NCBI GenBank assembly: GCA_964471815.1
Contig: CAYYHP010000001.1
Coordinates: 1 to 55,597, forward strand
Length of the DNA stretch: 55,597 nucleotides
Source: an uncultured Rhodanobacteraceae bacterium
Lineage (GTDB): Bacteria; Pseudomonadota; Gammaproteobacteria; Xanthomonadales; Rhodanobacteraceae
Reading direction: 5' to 3'
Made by a program: the position numbers and the translations under genes
Part shown: positions 51,704 through 55,597 of the stretch, piece after piece
Position numbering within the stretch: position 1 is the stretch's first letter
How the letters are laid out: every line of letters begins with the position of its first letter
Notes under the pieces: model-generated
Seen by the model: the letters and a program-made list of their open reading frames with translations, nothing else
What the model was told of the DNA's origin: nothing
The model's database searches: none

Positions 51704-52276
51704 TCAGCGACCGAGCGATTCCACGCTGTCGAGCTGACCGTCGGTCAGGTACAGCAACCGGCTGCGCCCATCCCCGGTCGCATACACCCATTCCTCGCGG
51801 CGTTGCGGCGCATAGCGCTCGTTGCCGTGGCCATCGCGACGCACCAGCGTGTCCTCGCGGTAGCGGCGCGAGGCCGGCGCGCCGCAGCGCGCGACGATCT
51901 CGCCGCTGGTCAGACCCGGCGCGAGCATGTCGAGATTGCAGGCCGCGCCGATCTCGCGCACGCCGTAACCGAGCGTGTCCTCGCGCAGGAGCACGCCGTC
52001 GCGGAACAGCAGGCGGACCATCAGCCGCTGCGGGCCGAAGTTGTAGTACCAGCTCTCGTAGACCGTCTCGCTCTGCACCTCGTACGGGCCGTTCGCGCCC
52101 TGCCTGTCGAGCGTGCGGAACTCGTCCGTCCAGAACGGCGCGCCGCAGCGCTGGCGCACCTGTACGTCGCGATCGCCGGTGCCGACCACGCGCGAGTCGC
52201 AGCGCAGTGCCTGGGCGGCGGGCGCGGCGGCGAGCAGCAGGAACGGCAACAGACACAACGCATGGCGTGGGCTCAT
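51704..52276 (-). CDS. Secreted protein with tandem DUF2845-like domains
   Basis: Signal; LRCDSRVVGTGD...CGAP...WYYNFGP, second CGAP...EEWVY. Confidence 0.75.
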   Translation of the reverse strand: MSPRHALCLLPFLLLAAAPAAQALRCDSRVVGTGDRDVQVRQRCGAPFWTDEFRTLDRQGANGPYEVQSETVYESWYYNFGPQRLMVRLLFRDGVLLREDTLGYGVREIGAACNLDMLAPGLTSGEIVARCGAPASRRYREDTLVRRDGHGNERYAPQRREEWVYATGDGRSRLLYLTDGQLDSVESLGR

Positions 52277-53325
52277 AGTCCGTGGATTCCCGCACGTTGG
52301 CCGAGGATCCTGGCGAGCACGTCCGGTGCGTAGTCGAAGCTGTCGTAATACAGCCGGTCCTCGGCGAGGCCGGCCGCGACGAACGAGCGTCGTCCGGCAT
52401 CGATCATCGCCGGCGGGCCGCTCATGTAGACATCGTGACCCGACAGATCCGGCTCGGCGGCCAATACCGCCTCGTGCACGAGACCGCTCGGGAGGCCATG
52501 CGCCTGCTCGGGGTCGGAAACCACCGGCACGAAGCGGAAGCTGGGCACTTCGCGTGCCCAGCTTTCTGGCAGCGCGCGCAGGTACAGGTCCTCGACCTTG
52601 CGTGCGCCCCAGAACAGGCACATCGGCCGGCGCGTGCCGAGATGAAGGAAATGCTCGATCAGGGCCTTGATTGGTGCGAAACCGGTTCCACCGGCGACGA
52701 ACAGCATTGGACGCTCCGAGTCCTCGCGCGGCACGAAGGTGCCGAGTGGTCCTTCGACACGCAACACGGCACCGGGTTCCAGCTCGTTGAACACCTGACC
52801 GGTGAAGCCGCCGCCGGCCACGTGGCGCACGTGCAGTTCGATGTGCTCGCCCGTGTGCGGCGCGTTGGCGATCGAGAACGCGCGGCGCTTGCCCTCGGGC
52901 AGCAGCACGTCGAGATACTGCCCGGCGAGCCGGTTCAGGCGCTCGCCGCGCGGTGGACGCAGGACGAGTCGCACGACGTCGCTGGCGAGCAGGGTTTTCT
53001 CGACGAGCTTGAGCGCGAGCATGCGCCTGGGCAGGTCCGCGACCGAGGCGACCTCGCGCACGGCGATGAGCAGATCCCTCTTCGGCACGGCTTGGCAAAG
53101 CAGCACCTCGTGGCGCGCCCGCTCGGCCGCGCTCAGCGCCGCAGGCGGATTGCGCGGGTAATCGACCTCGCCGGCCACGAGCAGCGCCTTGCAGCTTCCG
53201 CAGACGCCGGAAAGGCACGAATACGGCAGCGCGAGGCCGGCGCGCTGAGCGGCTTCGAGCACGCTCTCGCCATGCGCGACCTCGAAGCGCTCGCCGCTGG
53301 CCTGCAGGGTGACGGTATGGGACAC
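52273..53325 (-). CDS. 2Fe-2S ferredoxin/NAD(P)H-flavin reductase (AscD/Fre-like)
   Basis: CLSGVCGSC...LLCQA, RAFSIAN, GGTGFAP, SGPP; GTG start. Confidence 0.92.
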   Translation of the reverse strand: MSHTVTLQASGERFEVAHGESVLEAAQRAGLALPYSCLSGVCGSCKALLVAGEVDYPRNPPAALSAAERARHEVLLCQAVPKRDLLIAVREVASVADLPRRMLALKLVEKTLLASDVVRLVLRPPRGERLNRLAGQYLDVLLPEGKRRAFSIANAPHTGEHIELHVRHVAGGGFTGQVFNELEPGAVLRVEGPLGTFVPREDSERPMLFVAGGTGFAPIKALIEHFLHLGTRRPMCLFWGARKVEDLYLRALPESWAREVPSFRFVPVVSDPEQAHGLPSGLVHEAVLAAEPDLSGHDVYMSGPPAMIDAGRRSFVAAGLAEDRLYYDSFDYAPDVLARILGQRAGIHGL

Positions 53326-53448
53326 GGTCCGGTCCGGCTGGGTGGGCGCGGATTGTCCCGCATGCGCCGCGAATCGCCAATGAAAAGCGCGGCGGATCGG
53401 CGATGCGCGCCGCGGCGCATAATGCCGGCCCCGGCACCGGAGAAGCGC

Positions 53449-53892
53449 ATGAGCATCTGGCAGCATCAGGTCGATCCCGCCACCGCGAACGGCTGGAGCC
53501 GCGGTACTGCGGCCGAGGCGCTCGGCATCGAGATCGTCGAGATCGGCCCCGACTTCGTGCGCGGCACGATGCCGGTCGATCAGCGCACGCGCCAGCCGTT
53601 CGGCCTGCTGCATGGCGGCGCCTCGGTGCTGCTCGCCGAAACCCTCGGCAGCTTCGCCGCGAACCTCTGCCTCGATCCGCGGACCTCGCTTGCGGTCGGT
53701 CTCGAGATCAACGCCAATCACCTGCGTGCGACCCGCGCAGGGCATGTCACCGGCACCGCGCGGCCGCTGCATCTCGGGCGCACCACGCAGGTCTGGGAGA
53801 TCCGCATCGAGAACGAGCGCGGCGAACCGACCTGTGTCTCGCGCCTGACCATGGCCGTCGTCCCGCACCGCACGGAGCCGGCATCGGCATGA
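53449..53892 (+). CDS. Hotdog-fold thioesterase (PaaI/MenI-like)
   Basis: QPFGLLHGGASVLLAETLGS, GLEINANH. Confidence 0.93.
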   Translation: MSIWQHQVDPATANGWSRGTAAEALGIEIVEIGPDFVRGTMPVDQRTRQPFGLLHGGASVLLAETLGSFAANLCLDPRTSLAVGLEINANHLRATRAGHVTGTARPLHLGRTTQVWEIRIENERGEPTCVSRLTMAVVPHRTEPASA

Positions 53893-54845
53893 GCAGCGAG
53901 GCGCCGTATGCGGACCTGGTGCCGCAGCGGGTGCTCGAGGCGGTCGATGCGCTCGGTCTCGTGCCGGATGGCCGCCTGCTGGCACTGAACAGTTTCGAGA
54001 ACCGCGTCTATCAGGTCGGTCTCGAGGAGGCTGCGCCGGTCGTCGTGAAGTTCTACCGGCCCGGGCGCTGGTCTGATCAGGCGATCGACGAGGAACACGA
54101 GTTCGCCGCGGAACTCGCCGCGGCCGAACTGCCGGTGGTCGCACCGCTCGTGTTCTGCGGACGCCGCCTGCATCGGCATGCCGGGTTCCGTTTCGCCGTT
54201 TACCCGCGGCGTGGCGGCCGTGCGCCGACGCTGGAGTCGGCCGAGCATCTGGCCTGGATGGGCCGGCTGATCGCGCGCATCCACAACATCGGCGCCCGCC
54301 GGCCGTTCCGGGCACGCGGCGCGATCGATCTCGACACCCTGCTGCACGCGCCGGCCGCGGCCGTGCTGGCCTCGCCGCTCCTGCCCGCGCATCTCGCCAC
54401 GCGCTACCGCGCGGCGGTCGCGGCACTCGTGCCACCGCTCGAAGCGGCGTTCGCGGCGGTGGCGGATGTCCCGCGCCTGCGTCTGCATGGCGATTGCCAT
54501 CCGGGCAACGTGCTGTGGACCGATGCCGGCCCGCACTTCGTCGATCTTGACGACGCACGCCAGGGTCCGGCCATACAGGACCTGTGGATGCTCGCCGGCG
54601 ATCGTGCGGCACTCGACGCGCTGCTCGACGGCTATACCGAATTCCGCGATTTCGATTATCGCGAACTCGCGCTCGTCGAGCCGTTGCGTGTGCTGCGCCA
54701 GATGCACTGGGCCGGCTGGATCGCGCATCGCTGGAACGATCCGGCCTTTCCGGCCGCGTTTGCGCATGTCGGCGAGGCGCGCTGGTGGGAGCAGCATGTC
54801 GGCGATCTCGGCGAGGCGGCGCCGCGGCTCGACGCGGCTGGCTGA
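53889..54845 (+). CDS. srkA: Stress response Ser/Thr kinase (RdoA/YihE)
   Basis: LNSFENRVY, KFYRPGRW, LHGDCHPGN, DLDD, QDLWML, WNDPAFP. Confidence 0.93.
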   Translation: MSSEAPYADLVPQRVLEAVDALGLVPDGRLLALNSFENRVYQVGLEEAAPVVVKFYRPGRWSDQAIDEEHEFAAELAAAELPVVAPLVFCGRRLHRHAGFRFAVYPRRGGRAPTLESAEHLAWMGRLIARIHNIGARRPFRARGAIDLDTLLHAPAAAVLASPLLPAHLATRYRAAVAALVPPLEAAFAAVADVPRLRLHGDCHPGNVLWTDAGPHFVDLDDARQGPAIQDLWMLAGDRAALDALLDGYTEFRDFDYRELALVEPLRVLRQMHWAGWIAHRWNDPAFPAAFAHVGEARWWEQHVGDLGEAAPRLDAAG

Positions 54846-54904
54846 AAGTCCCTGGCATCGATCGCCGGCCATACGGTGGCCCTCGGGGCGATGCGTTCGC
54901 TACC

Positions 54905-55597
54905 ATGGCAAAGATGAATGCCCTTCCCGAAGACAGCGCGCCCGCCGCGCCGCGCGTCGATCGCCTGCGGCCGCTGCGTTACCTCTGGCGTGTGCCGCTG
55001 CTCGCCTTGCACGTGCTCATCGGGCTGCCGCTCGCGCTGGCCGCGATCAATCCGCTCGGCGCCCGCGTATACATCCGCGGCGAGCGCCTGGACCACTGGA
55101 TGATCCGCTGGTGGTCGCGCTGGCTGGTGCGCGTGTTCGGCTTCCGCATCGTGCGCAGCGGTGAGCCGCTCGGCGGGGCGGTGCTGTTCGTCGCCAACCA
55201 TGTCTCGTGGCTCGACATCGTGCTGCTGCACGGCCAGGCGTTCATGTGCTTCGTCGCCAAGGCCGAGATCGAGCGCTGGCCGCTGGTCGGCTGGCTCGCG
55301 GCACGCGCCGGCACCATCTACCACCGCCGCGGCAACGCGCATTCGCTCGGCGCGGTGATGGAACGCGTGGTCGAGCGCCTGCGCGGCGGCCTGCCGGTCG
55401 GCGTGTTCCCCGAGGGCGGCACCGGCAATGGCGAGCAGGTGCGCACCTTCCACGCGCGGATCTTCCAGGTCGCCGTCGATGCCGACGTGCCGATCCAGCC
55501 GGTGGCGCTGCGCTATGGCAACGACGGCCGGCAGGATCCCTCCGTGCCGTTCGCACCGCGCGAGAGCTTCTTCGCCAACTTCCTGCGCCTGCTCGGC
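54905..55597 (+). CDS. Lysophospholipid acyltransferase (PlsC-like), runs off the window
   Basis: Manual translation: FVANHVSWLD, FVAKAEI, VFPEG; start 54905 or 54914. Confidence 0.9.
   Translation, partial: MAKMNALPEDSAPAAPRVDRLRPLRYLWRVPLLALHVLIGLPLALAAINPLGARVYIRGERLDHWMIRWWSRWLVRVFGFRIVRSGEPLGGAVLFVANHVSWLDIVLLHGQAFMCFVAKAEIERWPLVGWLAARAGTIYHRRGNAHSLGAVMERVVERLRGGLPVGVFPEGGTGNGEQVRTFHARIFQVAVDADVPIQPVALRYGNDGRQDPSVPFAPRESFFANFLRLLG

Overview
High-GC gammaproteobacterial chromosome segment spanning the replication origin. It is most consistent with Xanthomonadales (Rhodanobacteraceae-like), inferred from gene content and an oriC between dnaA and dnaN. Core genes in order: gyrB(partial)-recF-dnaN-oriC-dnaA / rpmH-rnpA-yidC-mnmE, a housekeeping block (S9 peptidase, pirin, xth, prlC, aldehyde dehydrogenase, aroE, hemB, a c-di-GMP signalling protein), then rsmG-parA-parB, epimerase/GT2, hemDXY and srkA. 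Two parS sites lie inside recF. Accessory content: (i) a lower-GC insert at the 3' end of mnmE carrying one large NLR-like STAND ATPase, probably defensive; (ii) two divergent small secreted peptides with [DE]P[DEQ]P[NQ]PWR motifs and a Cys-paired tail, sitting in a duplicated cassette between an EAL gene and an SDR gene; (iii) a cluster of secreted proteins of unrelated folds (beta-propellers, a jelly-roll-like pair, a blue-copper pair), five of which share a terminal [DE]-x-h-[FY]-x-x-x-F-[DE] motif that looks like a sorting or assembly tag. No rRNA, tRNA, CRISPR array or intact transposase/integrase was seen. All calls were made by eye from the sequence and ORF track; no database searches were run.
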